Positions 37,938 to 50,516 of a DNA stretch of 64,000 nt are shown piece after piece. The stretch covers positions 21,330,001 to 21,394,000 of the forward strand of contig NC_087251.1 of NCBI RefSeq assembly GCF_037042905.1. Direction: 5' to 3'. How positions within the stretch are numbered: position 1 is the stretch's first letter; every line of letters begins with the position of its first letter. This DNA comes from Lytechinus pictus. Its lineage: Eukaryota. Made by a program: the position numbers and the translations under genes. The notes below the pieces were generated by a model that did no database searches, had not been told where the DNA came from, and saw nothing but the letters and a program-made list of their open reading frames with translations.

Positions 37938-40900
37938 TTTGATGATGATGCACAGCATTTGTATAGCGCCATATATCTGTCAAAGACATTCAAAGGCGCA
38001 TTGGAGGAGCCAGCCAATCTGGGTCGCCAAGAAGTAAAGGGCGCGCGCACAGAACTGTGACCCGCATGTCTCTCCTCCCGATAACTGGTTGGAGAATGCA
38101 GGTGGACCACTACACCGGGGTTCCCCCCCCCCCCCCGTTTCCTCCTACTCTTATTCGAATAGTGCAGTGGGTTCTTAACGTGCAAAGGTGGTGATTCTCC
38201 TCTACACGGGGCCTCCATTTAACGTCCTATCCGAGGGACAGAGTGTTTTTTCACTGTAACATAGCCTGCATCTATGAAACAGGGTAGAGACGTTTACACA
38301 CAACGCACTGGCTTCAGTCATCCGCCCGCCCGGGGTGGACTCGAACCCACGATCTTTGGTTCGACGGGCAAAATAGGCTTAAAAAAGGAAATTTCTGGTA
38401 ACAAGCTGATTTTTTCAGGATAGGTCCAGGAAAATGTCTAGAATAACATACTAAAAGTCCTCATAAATCCTCCGTGGGGGTTTTCCGTAATCCAAGATGG
38501 CGTCCAAAATGACCGCCATTCACAGAAAATGGACATAACTCACTCATAATTCACACTAAATATCAAATTTTGGTGCATATTTCATTGTTTAAAGAGGTAA
38601 AAGATCTAGTGATATAGTTAAGAGTGAAAATAAGCAGACTAGGGTACCTAAAATTCCAAGATGGTGTCCAAAATGGCTGCCAAAGCCTAAACATGCTAAA
38701 AATCCATTATTCATCTATTACTTTCTTTAATGTCTTTAATTTTGTGTCTATTCAATGGTTTTAATGGTCAAGGAATAAAATGGGACAAGTTACAAGGACA
38801 GTCAGTGGTCAAGTATGTCCAAAAATTCAAGATGGCTTCCAAAAATTGAGTCTAAAATGGCTGTTTTTACTTACGAATGGACATAGTTCATTCAATATCT
38901 GCCTGCGATATATGATTTTGGTGTCTAAACCATGGTTTGAAAAATCAAATAATACATTTGGACAACTTAAAAGGACATTCAGTGGTCAGGTATGTCCAAA
39001 AATCCAAAATGGCTTCCAAAAATGGAGTCTAAATTGACCGCTGTTACTGAAAAATCGATATACTTCATTAAAAAATCCACCTGAGATATATAATTGTGGT
39101 GTCTAAACAATGATTTAAAGGGTCGAATAATATATTAGCACAAGTAAAAAGGACAGTCAGAGGTTCAGTATGTCTAAAAATCGAAGGCTGCTTCTAAAAA
39201 TGGAGTCTAAAATGGCCGCTGTTACATACAAATTGACAAAGTTCATTTAATATCTGCATAAGATAAGAGTTTGGTATCTAAACATGGTTTAGAGGGTCAA
39301 ATAATACATTTTGACTAGTTAAAAGGATTGCTTCCAAAAATTGGGTATCAATGATTGGTTACTGTTATTTAAAAGGCACAGGTGACGCCAAAACAAATAA
39401 CAATAATAATAAAACGACTTCTGAGACTTACAAATTCTGCCTGATATATATGATTCTGATGTCTAAACCATGGTTTGAAGGGTCAAATAATATTTTTGGA
39501 TTGTTAACAATGATAATGCAGTTGTCCATTTTCCCTAAAAATCCAAAATGGCTTACAAAATGGCGTGTAAATGACTCCAATCACTTAAAAAATTATCATT
39601 ATTCATACATTATCCTCATGTGAGGAATAATTGTGGTGTCTACGCTTATATACATTTGGGAAAAGTAATCTTAAGGATTTAAGAGTAGGTAACAGCAGGC
39701 ATGTTTGCTCAATTTGGGAACCAAATTGCACATATAATGGAAAACTGAACATTCTTGCAATTGACTTGTCCTAAATATATATTTGACATTTCAAACCATA
39801 GTGCAGAAACAAAATTTATTTCTCACATGTGAATATTGAGTATGACTTATTTTAAGCGATGAGAGTTAAACGCCATACCTTTGATTATGAAGGAAAATTG
39901 ACAATTGCATATCATCATAAGCTGTCCCAAAGTATTATTTGACACTTGAAACTATAGTATAGACACCCAAATATTATCTCTCAGGCGGATATGTTATTTT
40001 TGTAAGAAACATCAGCCATTTTTAGACTCCATTTTTGGAAGCCATCTTGGATGTTTGGACATACTGGACCACTGACTGTCCGTGTAAGTTGTCCAAATGT
40101 TTCATTTGGCTCTTTAGACCATGGGTTTAAGAACCCTAATCATACCTCACAGGCAGATATCAAATAAAGTATGTATTTTTATTAAGTACCAGCGGTCAAT
40201 CTAGACTCCATTTTTGGAAGCCATCTTTGGTTTTTGGACATACTAGACCACTGAGTGTTCTTTTAACTTGTCCATATGTTTTTATTTGACCCTTCAAACC
40301 ATGGTTTGGACAACAAAATCTTATCTCCCATGCAGATATTAAATGACCTATGTCAATTTGTATGTAACAGCAGCCATTTTAGACTCCATTTTGAGAAGCC
40401 GTCTTCGATTTTTGGACATACTGGACCTCTGCTTGTCCTTTCTTCTTGTGCTTATGTATTATTTCGACACTTAAAACCATAGTAAAGACACCACAATCAT
40501 ATCTCTCAGATGGATTTTTAATAAAGTATGACAAATTTTCAGTAACAGCAGTCAATTTAGACTCTATTTTTGGAAGCCATCTTGCATTTTGGACATACTT
40601 GACCACTGAATGGCCTTGTAACGTGTCCAAATGTATTATTTGACCTTTCAAACCATGGTTTAGACACCAAAATCATATATCTCAGGCAGATATCAAATGA
40701 ACTATGTCCATTTGTAAGTAAAAACAGCCATTTTAGACTCCATTTTAGAAGCCATCTTGGATTTTTGGACATACTAGACCACTGAATGTCCTTGTAACTT
40801 GTCCCAAATTATTACTTAGCCATTAAAACCATTAAATAGAAACAAAATTAAAGACATTAAAGTAAGTAATAGATGAATAGTGGATTTTTAGGCTTTGGTA

Positions 40901-41242
40901 GCCATGTTGGACACCATCTTGGATTTTTAGGTACCCTGGTCTGCTTATTTTCACTCTAACCTATATCACTAGATCTTTTTACCTCTTTAAACAATGAAAT
41001 ATGCACTGAAATTTGATGTCTAGTGTGAATAATGAGTGAGTTATGCCCATTTTCTGTTAATGGCGGCCATTTAGGACGCTATCTTGGATTACGGAAAACC
41101 CCCACGGAGGATTTATGAGGACTTTTAGTATGTTATTCTGGACACATTCCAGGACCTATTCTGAAAAAATCAGCTTGTTACCAGAAATTTCCATTTTAAA
41201 CCTAATGCTCTTGGCCTATTTACCGACTGAGCCAACTTCGCT
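37938..41242 (-). mobile_element. tRNA-derived SINE (central domain resembles the Nin domain), head split by a 2.8-kb insertion
   Basis: On the minus strand, A box TGGCTCAGTCGGTA (~41221-41234) and B box GGTTCGAGTCC (~38336-38347). The body contains CTACTCTTATTCGAATAGTG..GGGTTCTTAACGTG and the tail is (CAT)n at ~37941. The Nin assignment is from my memory of the consensus. Confidence 0.8.
38374..41218. mobile_element. Non-autonomous foldback DNA transposon with TAGG..CCTA ends and ~180-bp subrepeats
   Basis: GGAAATTTCTGGTAACAAGCTGATTTTTTC (38386) is mirrored at ~41163-41192, and the inverted match extends ~1 kb inward. The left end lacks ~15 terminal bases. Confidence 0.9.
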
Positions 41243-41654
41243 CTCTATTATCAATTTATTAATGCAAATTTGAACTAGAAAACATCAGCACTCCCAAGTG
41301 CAGTCACTTTACAAGCTCTGCAAGTGCTTAATTGGAATTTCATTTTTAGAGTGTACATACATCAGCCACCGTAAATTATGTACACGCTAATCTGTCATCG
41401 TAATACTATCAGAAGCAGTGTCGGATCCAAGGGGGGAAAATCTGCACCCCCCCCCCCCTGAGAGCCATAATCAAAAGTTGGCGATGGATGAATAGTATTT
41501 CTTTCATACTAAACATATACTCTAAAAAATGAAGTGCTAATTAAGCATTTAAGGAGCATTTTATTTTTTGGCACCTCATTTTGAGAGTGTACATACATCA
41601 GCCATCACCTTAAATTATGTTCACGCTAATCTGTCATCGTAATACGATCAGAAG

Positions 41655-41946
41655 TGGCGGATCCAAGGGGGGCACATCCGGCCGCCCCCCCCCCCCTTTT
41701 AATCAAAATTTTTAATGTAGATATGTCGTTCTTACACAAGTGTGCCCTCCCCCTTTGAAAGTTCACATCATGTATTTTTAGTGGGAGTATATGTCGTTCA
41801 CAAGTAATGACCCTTTTTTTTTGCTTGTCAGATCGTATGTGGACGAAATGAGCTTCAATTTTTGTTGAAAACCTTTTTTTTTTGCTTGTCAAATTTTATG
41901 TGGAAATGCCCCCCCCCCCCTTGGGAGAATCCTGGATCCGTCCCTG
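41655..41946. mobile_element. hAT-type MITE
   Basis: (CAG)TGGCGGATCC / GGATCCGTCCCTG; 8-bp TSD ATCAGAAG (41647-41654, 41947-41954). Confidence 0.8.
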
Positions 41947-42594
41947 ATCAGAAGGGAGATAAATGCAAACGGCCCTATATATCCTTGCATGTGTTCTAAT
42001 ATAAAAGTCATGAAATACTGACTTCTTCCATTTTTTATATCATTTTAACCTCATTATCTCTTTTCATAACCGTACATTTTGTCAGATGGCCTGTCTTGGT
42101 GACTGAAAACAGAAATTATGTGAAATGGAATCTACCTTATAAGCTTATTACAGAAAGAGGATTTACGGCTTCAGACGGTGACTAGATTTTTTTTATCTTT
42201 TCCAACAGTTATCTTTATTTATTGATGTCATTTTTACGGACGAATAAATAAATCAATAATTATTATTGAGTATGAAACAAATACGCAAACTGTTTGCATG
42301 TCAACGTATTACAGAAAATGTTAGTTTCAAACATAATTTATGTAGCGTAACATAAAGTAAATACCTCGGAATATCTCGGCGCAAATGTTTGATTATAATA
42401 CACAAGTGCAATGATTGCTAAGAAAGTTATTGCAAATGACAGTGATGAAATAGTTAACATGTATGTCTTCATTAGATATGAAATTCTCCAGTCTGGCAGT
42501 CTCAGTTCTTTCCATTTATTTATTGTTATAGTCGTTGATTGTGCAATGAATTAGGCAATAAAGTTGCGAGAGTCCTATTGACGAATATTTTTTT

Positions 42595-43960
42595 GGTTTA
42601 TTGCCACTTCGTCTACTGCCATTTTGTCCACTCACCACATGGTCTAATGTCATTTCGTCTACCATCAGTTGGTCCACCATCCACATCGTCCAATTATATT
42701 TTGTCAAATAGCCAGTTGGTCTAATAACCATTTCGTCTATTATTATTTGCTATAATAGCCATTTGGTCTAATTGCATGTTTTGCCAATTAGTCCAATAGC
42801 CACTTTGTACATTTTCATTACGTCTATAATTACCATTTAGTCCAATAGCCAACTGGTCTAAAGGCAAATGGTCGAATGACCACTTGGTCTACTTTCATTT
42901 TGTCTATGTTCCATTTGGTCTCATTGCAGTTGGTCCACTGACACTTAGTCTAAACCCGTTTCGTCCAAAAATCAGTTGGTCTAATTTCCATTTGGTCTAA
43001 TCACCAATGGGTCCAATTGCCATCTCGGCAAATCATCATTCGTCCAATATTCATTTCGTCTACAATCATAAATAGTCTACTACTACTAGCAGCCCTATAC
43101 GTGTTCGGAATCTGTGTATGCCTATTGCTGACTCGCCTCCTGTTTCTCTTGTGATTTGTTATTAATTTGCACCTGTTGTTTTGTTAATCTTTTATACAAT
43201 TGTACACTATTTCAAGCTCCATTACAATAATGTCCTTACGCAAGATGATGTATCTCATTGAACAGGCAATGCCAGCACGAAGCACGATCTAGCGAAAAAT
43301 GTATGATATGGAAGAATTTATATTTTCCTGGTCTTCCCCTCATGTTTTATTTAGTTGTCTTCCTCCTCTTATTTTACCTATTCCCTTTTCTCCCCCTCCT
43401 TTCCCACTTTTCTCTCTTTTTTTCTTCATTTTTGTACCACTGATAGCTTTTATTATTATTATATTATATCATTTTACCATTCGTATTTATTATTATTAGT
43501 ACTATCATAATTTATTACTATAGGGCCTATTATTACTATTATTATTTATCATTATTATCATTGTTATATGATGATGATGAATGATGATTATCATTTTTTA
43601 GGTGTGCAAAAAAGGATGGGAAATTCCAAGTCAAAGGACCCTATTTCAATGTTATCATTTTAACCACTCCACCCCCACCCTTGTGTGTGCGCGATGTGAT
43701 AGAGAGATAGACAGCGGGGGGGGGGGGGGGGGGCTGTATCGTGGTACCGCATCATTCCATTTCTGATAGTAAGCCTAATTATCATCATGATGTCTTAATC
43801 ATTTATTTTATCTTCAATGAATTCAAGGTATAATTAAGAAGTAATTTCGCCGCTCCCGCTCGGATAACGCAATGTATTTGTGTTAGACAGAATGGCTGTT
43901 GGACCAATTGGCTATTTGACTAAATGACTATTGCACGATTTTGGAATTGGACGAAATGTT
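42595..43960. mobile_element. Degenerate foldback-type element with ~20-bp CCATTTGGTCTAAT subrepeats
   Basis: Array at 42595-43080; inverted remnants (TAGACAGAATGG, TGGACCAATTGG, TGGACGAAATG) at ~43880-43960. Confidence 0.6.
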
Positions 43961-44220
43961 TACAAAGAGTTGCTATTGATCCGATCAACCACACCTATGG
44001 AAAGCCAGAAACGACAATATCAAAAATGCATATTTGCTAAAAATATATTCTAGATATTGATATATATTCATAGATTCATTGTTTTCTTGAAAATTCAGTG
44101 GGTTTCTATTTGCTTAGAAAAGACACTAAACAAATTTCCTGTTGTAAAATTATGGCATTGTTGGATTTCCATATTGCCGTGGTTGATTGAATCAATCGTA
44201 ACTCTTTGTAAGACGGGGTC
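43960..44220. mobile_element. MITE remnant
   Basis: TTACAAAGAGTTGC..GATCAACCAC is mirrored by GTGGTTGATTG..GTAACTCTTTGTAA. Confidence 0.6.
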
Positions 44221-47200
44221 CTGATTCCGATGATCGAGATTAAAACGGATTAAATTTACCCCAAAAGAGATCGAAAATAAATTAATTATCAATCTCTACT
44301 GTTCACGGTGGATCATTGTGTTGATTGCTATCATTTGGGCCACCTTGGCCATTTTGCTTAGTGTATATAATTCAAATACATGTAAGTAGCCCTATGTTGA
44401 TATTCCATCTGGAGATGGGGCTATATTAGAAAAGTTCATCTGATGGTATAATTTTACCCTGGCTCCAAATTCTGACTTGTTTTCGCAAACATTGCCAACG
44501 TGTTTTATAATTCCGATGTAATTCATACCCTGAACATTTCTAACAGTTTACAAAGCCGCATTTGCCACTGTGACCAAACTTTCTTTTATGACGATGAGCA
44601 TGATGAAAGCTTAAACTTACACAGAACTTAAAAGACTATGGTTATTTCCAATTATTATTATTATTATTTTATTATTATTATAATTTTATAGAATATCAGA
44701 CTCTATAATGTAGGCCTATAAACATACACCCCCGCACACATCCTGACACACGCCAGCACACCCCCACTCGACTCCGATAATTTAAGATTCAATACTTTTG
44801 GACTTTAAATATGAATGTATTAATACATTAATATGAATCGTACATAGCCGTATAGCATAATCAACTTATATATTTTATACATTTAAAACAATACGAATAT
44901 AGAATGAAATTGCGTTAGTAATATAGGGGGTATTGTCATTAATCAAGACAGAGCCGGTCCATACTTTTAAAACTTATTCATCCACACTTTTATATCATGC
45001 TGGCATTCATCTTCCCCATTTGATATCAAGAACAAAGAAAACACATCTGAATCATCTCATGTATAATCATTTTTTTTTCTAATATTATTGAATTGTACTA
45101 TTATTTTCCTTGCAGAAAAAATTAACAGCATTAATGTGTTCGGAACAGATACTTCATTAAAGCGTGGCGGACTCTACTTGGTTAATGCTTCCCCAAGAAT
45201 ACCGACCGTTGTCCGTCGAAGCATTTAATCCAAGAATCATTAAAATCTAAGAATACATATCATGTGAGATAATACAAATGAATGGCATCCAAACAATATA
45301 AGTGGAGTCATTTCCGATATGATGTATTATGATACAAATTCAAATGCAGTATGGGCAAAATATGAAGAATTTTTGGTTAATATTTTGCGACAGTTTTAAC
45401 ACATAAAATGTATTACAGGTAACATCATTAAACATTCAATTGATTGCTTTCATATTCATGAATTTCATCGAGTATGGTAATAATAAACTATATTGCGAAT
45501 GTAACACGAAATATTATAGGATGCTCCATTTGATACTGTATGCTTGATTTATTTCCGTATTGTGAACATTTCATGAAGGCACTTTCACACAAGACATTCA
45601 TTGACAGCTATAGCAATTCCTATCCAAAGTTCAAGGAATATCAGAGAGTCAAAAGGAAGACATTGCAAACAAGTTATGTCAATAGCAGTTACGGACAGAG
45701 ATACATGACGTCATGTTTTTCAAGGGGGGGTGACCGTGGATCCACTGCACTCTACATTTAATAGTGAGTCACACATAGATCACCCCCCCCCCCCCTTTCT
45801 TCCCGAACAGGTTCGTTCGGGGCTTGTATCTACGCCAGTGAAGCAGTAATCGCGGTGCCTTTATTGCAATTGTGGAAATGATCAGGTTGCTGACCAATGC
45901 TGTCATCGTCGCATATTTTTTAAGCCAATAATGAAGGCTATATTCTACAAAAGGTAGTGGAATTTTGATATGCTGTAAATGCCCTATTTTGGTGTACAAA
46001 TTGCCAGTTAGATTCTTACTATATCGATAAAATTATTGCAATCACTTCAGTCGCTCAATATGCAGAAATTGCTATAAACCACTCAGAAATTCCGAAAAGT
46101 AAAGCATGGTCATGAGATAAATACTTGAAGAGTTTGACATTTTGAAACAAAATGAGTGGCGCAAAATTATCCGCTTCACCCATTAGAATGCAAGGGCGTG
46201 TATCTAGACTTTTTCGCTGAACTCATTTGGAAATTTGTTAAAGTGTGTAGTTTCTTCATTACTTTTGTAATTATTTTCATTACCATAATATTATCATTAT
46301 TATCAGCTTCATCAATTACATCATCGATGTTCATGGCGACTTTAATTATTATTTTTATGAGTATCATCAATAACCAGGATGAATGATATTTATTTCAAAA
46401 TACCGGTTGGGGTGGGGTGTGCCCTCACCACAGGCGTGCAGCCGCGTGCCAGTGAGCACAACCCTATTCTTTACGCTTCATTCAAACGTGCGTGACGTTT
46501 TTCTTGTCTTAGAGCCCATCTCAAAATTAAGTTCATTTGAGAAAAATGGAAGCAGTATCTTACAAACACAACACTGATTATTATATCGAAAGCGGAGGTA
46601 ACTTTAATATAAAAATTTATAATTATTTGGCATATGATAGTTTGCATGGTTTAACAAAAATGATAGCAGGTTAATATTTACGGGAAATAATAAGTCATAA
46701 TTATGAAGTCACACACTCAATACTGCGTTTAGGTCACATAGAAGGTTTCTTATTGGCCATAATTGCCTTTCAAATCTTCGTGCAATTTGTCATGATGGTG
46801 ATAAATATACGTCACGACTATTGTATATAGCGACATTTACTATTTTTTGTACTGAATCGATGCCCCAAGGCCGTGCAATACATCAACAACAACAAAAATT
46901 GTGACATCATTATTAATACGACATCGGGAATTAGTGTTCTTTGGAATCAAACAATGAAATTAATTTGAACCTTTTATTACGTCAATTGATATTCTAAATC
47001 ACTGTTCCAAATAAAAAATAATTAAGTGAGGTCCCATAATCAGTTATCATCTTTTATGTTTTTGAAATGGGAAAGTTTTGAGAATGAGCAACATCCAGCT
47101 ACATAAAAACGGTCTGAATGGGCTTAACATTTGAAACTCCTGACAAGTGCAGTCAGAGTATTTGGAATTTACCCTTGTGTGAATTGGAGAATATGAGCTT

Positions 47201-47467
47201 ACGCTGTACGCAACTATCACAATTGAGCTTTAAAACCAGTTGGCAATGGGTGATGAGTGGATGGATGGGTGTGACGTGGCATTGTACCCCTGTACTCTTT
47301 TGGCGCACAAGAAAAGATTCTTTATATTCATATCCCCTTAAACACATGCACACTCATCTTCTACTAATACAACCGCTTTGCACGCTCGCTCTCGCTCTCT
47401 CTCAATTTTTCTTTACATGGGTAGTTTTACCCATCCAAGAAATCCAGGATAAAGTAGTAATTCCTCA

Positions 47468-48007
47468 TCACATGAGAGCACACACAGAACTTTTCTCACT
47501 GTTCGATGAACCCAACGATGGAGACTTTCGCCTATTAGTCCCTTCACCTGAAGCACCTGATGTCGACGGTTGGCAACCGTCCTCTCCCGACTGAGAATCT
47601 ACTGCGCTTCTTGACGCATGACTTCTCCTGCCGTATTCCTCGGTCAACCCTTGCTCTTGCACACTGCTAACAGTTTTTGCTGATATTCTACTGGTCGAAG
47701 GACTTCGCGTTGAAACCCCACTGTCCTTTCCTAACATTTTCCTTCTCAATGCCGCCTCTTGGTTAATACTGAGGTGATCTTTGCCTAACTGGCGTCGTGA
47801 CGCCCGGTCCCTCTGAAGTTCTTCTATGCGGCTCTCAGCTGATGACGAGGCAACACTGGGACGGTGTCCGTTGATAGGGGGTAGAGAATGCTGGTTGAGA
47901 TGGTTCTGTTTTGGACTACCTAGTTGACTGAGGGCAATCACTAATTGGTTTTCGAGTTGCTTTATTTTCTTTTCGTGGTTTTGTGTTTGGACCTTAGCCG
48001 AGTCAAG
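47468..48007 (-). CDS. Coiled-coil/CaaX gene, last coding exon (LDSAKVQ...SSVCALM*)
   Basis: Pyrimidine-rich ..CCTCTTAAG acceptor, phase 0, open for 179 codons to TGA. It ends in the CaaX motif CALM. Confidence 0.85.
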   Translation of the reverse strand, partial: LDSAKVQTQNHEKKIKQLENQLVIALSQLGSPKQNHLNQHSLPPINGHRPSVASSSAESRIEELQRDRASRRQLGKDHLSINQEAALRRKMLGKDSGVSTRSPSTSRISAKTVSSVQEQGLTEEYGRRSHASRSAVDSQSGEDGCQPSTSGASGEGTNRRKSPSLGSSNSEKSSVCALM

Positions 48008-48903
48008 CTTAAGAGGCAAGTGTGTGAGATAAAACTGTTATTAGTTTATTATCCTTTATTAAGATTACTAGTATAATGGTTAGGGAGCTTCCTAGCAATG
48101 ATTTACTAGCTATTTATATTTGTATGATTTTTAAAACATGTTTGAGAAACAGAGTAAATATTTCATGATACAAATAACCTGATTATATTATTGACATTTT
48201 GAATAAAACATATTGTTGCGTAATTTCGCAATGCAACCTTTCTTATTTATTTTCGGCCCTTTTTTCAAAGAAAGACTTTATTAGATATTTCTCCACAAAT
48301 CATGTAATAAAAATACAAATTGCATGTAATACATAAATAGTATTATTCATATATAGAAAATCAAAAATTTAAATAAGTTCGATTTGACTGGATCCATCAA
48401 TATCTACAATAAACTTAATTGTTTTGCACATTCATAATGCGAACTAACTCGTGTTGATTATTTTGATTTCTTTTGAAATGATGAAAACGATAGATAACCT
48501 TTTGAACATCTAGTAGAAAATATATAATATTTAGCATATAAATATAAAATTAAAAGAAGAATAGTTTCCACCTATAGTATTCCTAGTACGAAATCATTAA
48601 AAGATAACTTAATTGCACTTTTAAGAGTATATTTTTAAAATGAACAAAAATCGACGAGTGAAGGGGCACTCCAAAATAATAAATTCAGTGTGTTTTGAAC
48701 AAAAGGAACACAAAACAGTTTCGACACTTGTATGTTCATATTTAACTTGGGGGAAGGGGCTAGTAATACCGATCAATAAAGAATAGATAAAGTATGATAA
48801 AATTTTACCTCGTCTTATCATCGTGATCGACATCAAATCTTCTTGAGTGTATATCTTATTCATATATCACCCCTATCTGTGTCTTATCTTAAAAGAAAAT
48901 TAC

Positions 48904-49060
48904 CTGTATCTTCAATGAATCCAGTTGCTTATGTAGGTTGGCATTTTCATCTTCGGTCCGTGCTAGGTCTGCCTGACATTTCAGTAAATTCTTTTTCAAA
49001 ATATAGTCCTCTTGATCCGTGGTAGCTTTTGAGTAACTTGCATTCAGTGAAGTATCAGCT
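48904..49060 (-). CDS. Coiled-coil/CaaX gene, coding exon 5 (ADTSL...LDSLKIQ)
   Basis: ACAG acceptor, CAG|GTAATT donor, 157 bp, phase 2-0. It exactly restores the frame between its neighbours and is not in the ORF track. Confidence 0.85.
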
Positions 49061-49955
49061 CTGTTCACAAGAAATGAAATATATTAAGCAGTGGTACTCA
49101 TTCCAGAATCAACAAATATTTTAGTACGCATTTCTATGGAATTCTATCTTCTTCATCCAATGTTCACGAGACAATTCGTAACACATTATTTATATAGTTT
49201 AATTCAAATCATTCTCGTTTCGTCTTTTTCTTCCCATTTCATTCCAAAGTAACATTTGGCCACTTCGATCATAGTCCTTTCTTTTAACAGTGCCTAAATG
49301 ACATAAGTCTGCCCATGATTCATTAGTATAATTCGCCCACTCTTCCCTTCTGAAAATACTGTTAAATCTTATATTATGGTAATAAGGCAGTTGATAGAGG
49401 GCGTGGAAATGGTTTGGCAGCTTTCGATCTCAATTGAGTTTTCTTTGTTGTCCCACATGCTTATATCTTGATTGAAACATTTATGTATTAGCTGATTAGC
49501 AAATTATATTAACCTGCGAAACATAGCCAGTCAAGAAAAAATGAAATTTGTACACTCTAAAAAATGAAATGTTAAATCAACATTCGAAAGGTTAGAGGAG
49601 TGACGACCTTTTCCAAATGCTACATCCAACCTTGCATAAGGCTGAATCCAATATTTTAACTATTGGGTCATATCATTTCAAGTGGTAAATGCAACATTTA
49701 TAAAAACGTCTGACAAGTCCTTTCATTAAACGCTCTCCAGTACTCGCTGTTGTCATGAAAAATATGCCACGGATAGAGTGTGAAATCTGATAACGAACAA
49801 AGATTGGTTAATCGTCATGTGATAATAACATCCCAAAGAGACTTTACATAGGGCCTATAGTATTTATTTATTTAATTACCCCACCCCCCCCCAAAAAAAA
49901 AAGTAAATAAATGAATTGAACGTAATACTTGCAACAAATAGGCGTTTACACTTAC

Positions 49956-50029
49956 TTCCGTTTTGAGGTGTCCGCAGTCTCCAATTGCTGCCGTTTTATT
50001 TCCAATTCATTCTGCCATGCATCAAGTTC
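49956..50029 (-). CDS. Coiled-coil/CaaX gene, coding exon 4 (ELDAWQNELEIKRQQLETADTSKR)
   Basis: AAG acceptor, AA|GTAAGT donor, 74 bp, phase 0-2. It is not in the ORF track. Confidence 0.82.
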
Positions 50030-50129
50030 CTTTATGGATGGTAATAAACATGCATGCAGTTCGTGCTATTAGTATTGCAAAGTCAAATTTGCTTTATTTC
50101 ATTTTCACAGAACAAAATAAAATGGTCGT

Positions 50130-50390
50130 GTTACTATCATAGTCATCATCATCATAACGCCACTATCGTTATCCTTGTTATTGAATATAATTACGATTAG
50201 TATCATTATAATTAATCATAATTACAATTAATAGTATTATTACCGTGATTACCACTAATTGACTTTTAATATCATTATTGTCATCATCGTCATTATCATT
50301 ATCTTCATTATCAGCGACATAATCTTCTTCTTTTTCTTCAATATTATTATCATCATCACAATCATCGTCATCATCATCGTCGTCATCATT
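50130..50390. repeat. Intronic (CAT/TAT)n low-complexity tract
   Basis: Degenerate trinucleotide repeats; these explain the Asp-rich tail of ORF 50178-50507. Confidence 0.85.
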
Positions 50391-50435
50391 ACCCCTACTC
50401 TCATTTTTTTGTACTTCAATATTTATCATACTTAC

Positions 50436-50516
50436 ATCATCTAACTTCGTAATGTCTCTCTCTTTGCTTTTACATAGCTCTTCTCGCATGTTGAGAAATC
50501 TCTCCATTTCCTCGAT
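50436..50516 (-). CDS. Coiled-coil/CaaX gene, coding exon 3 (IEEMERF...TKLDD)
   Basis: ATAG acceptor, GAT|GTAAGT donor, 81 bp, phase 0-0. Confidence 0.85.

Noticed and set aside
50178..50435. Asp-rich extension of ORF 50178-50507
   Set aside because: It lies past a GTAAGT donor, in an intronic trinucleotide tract.
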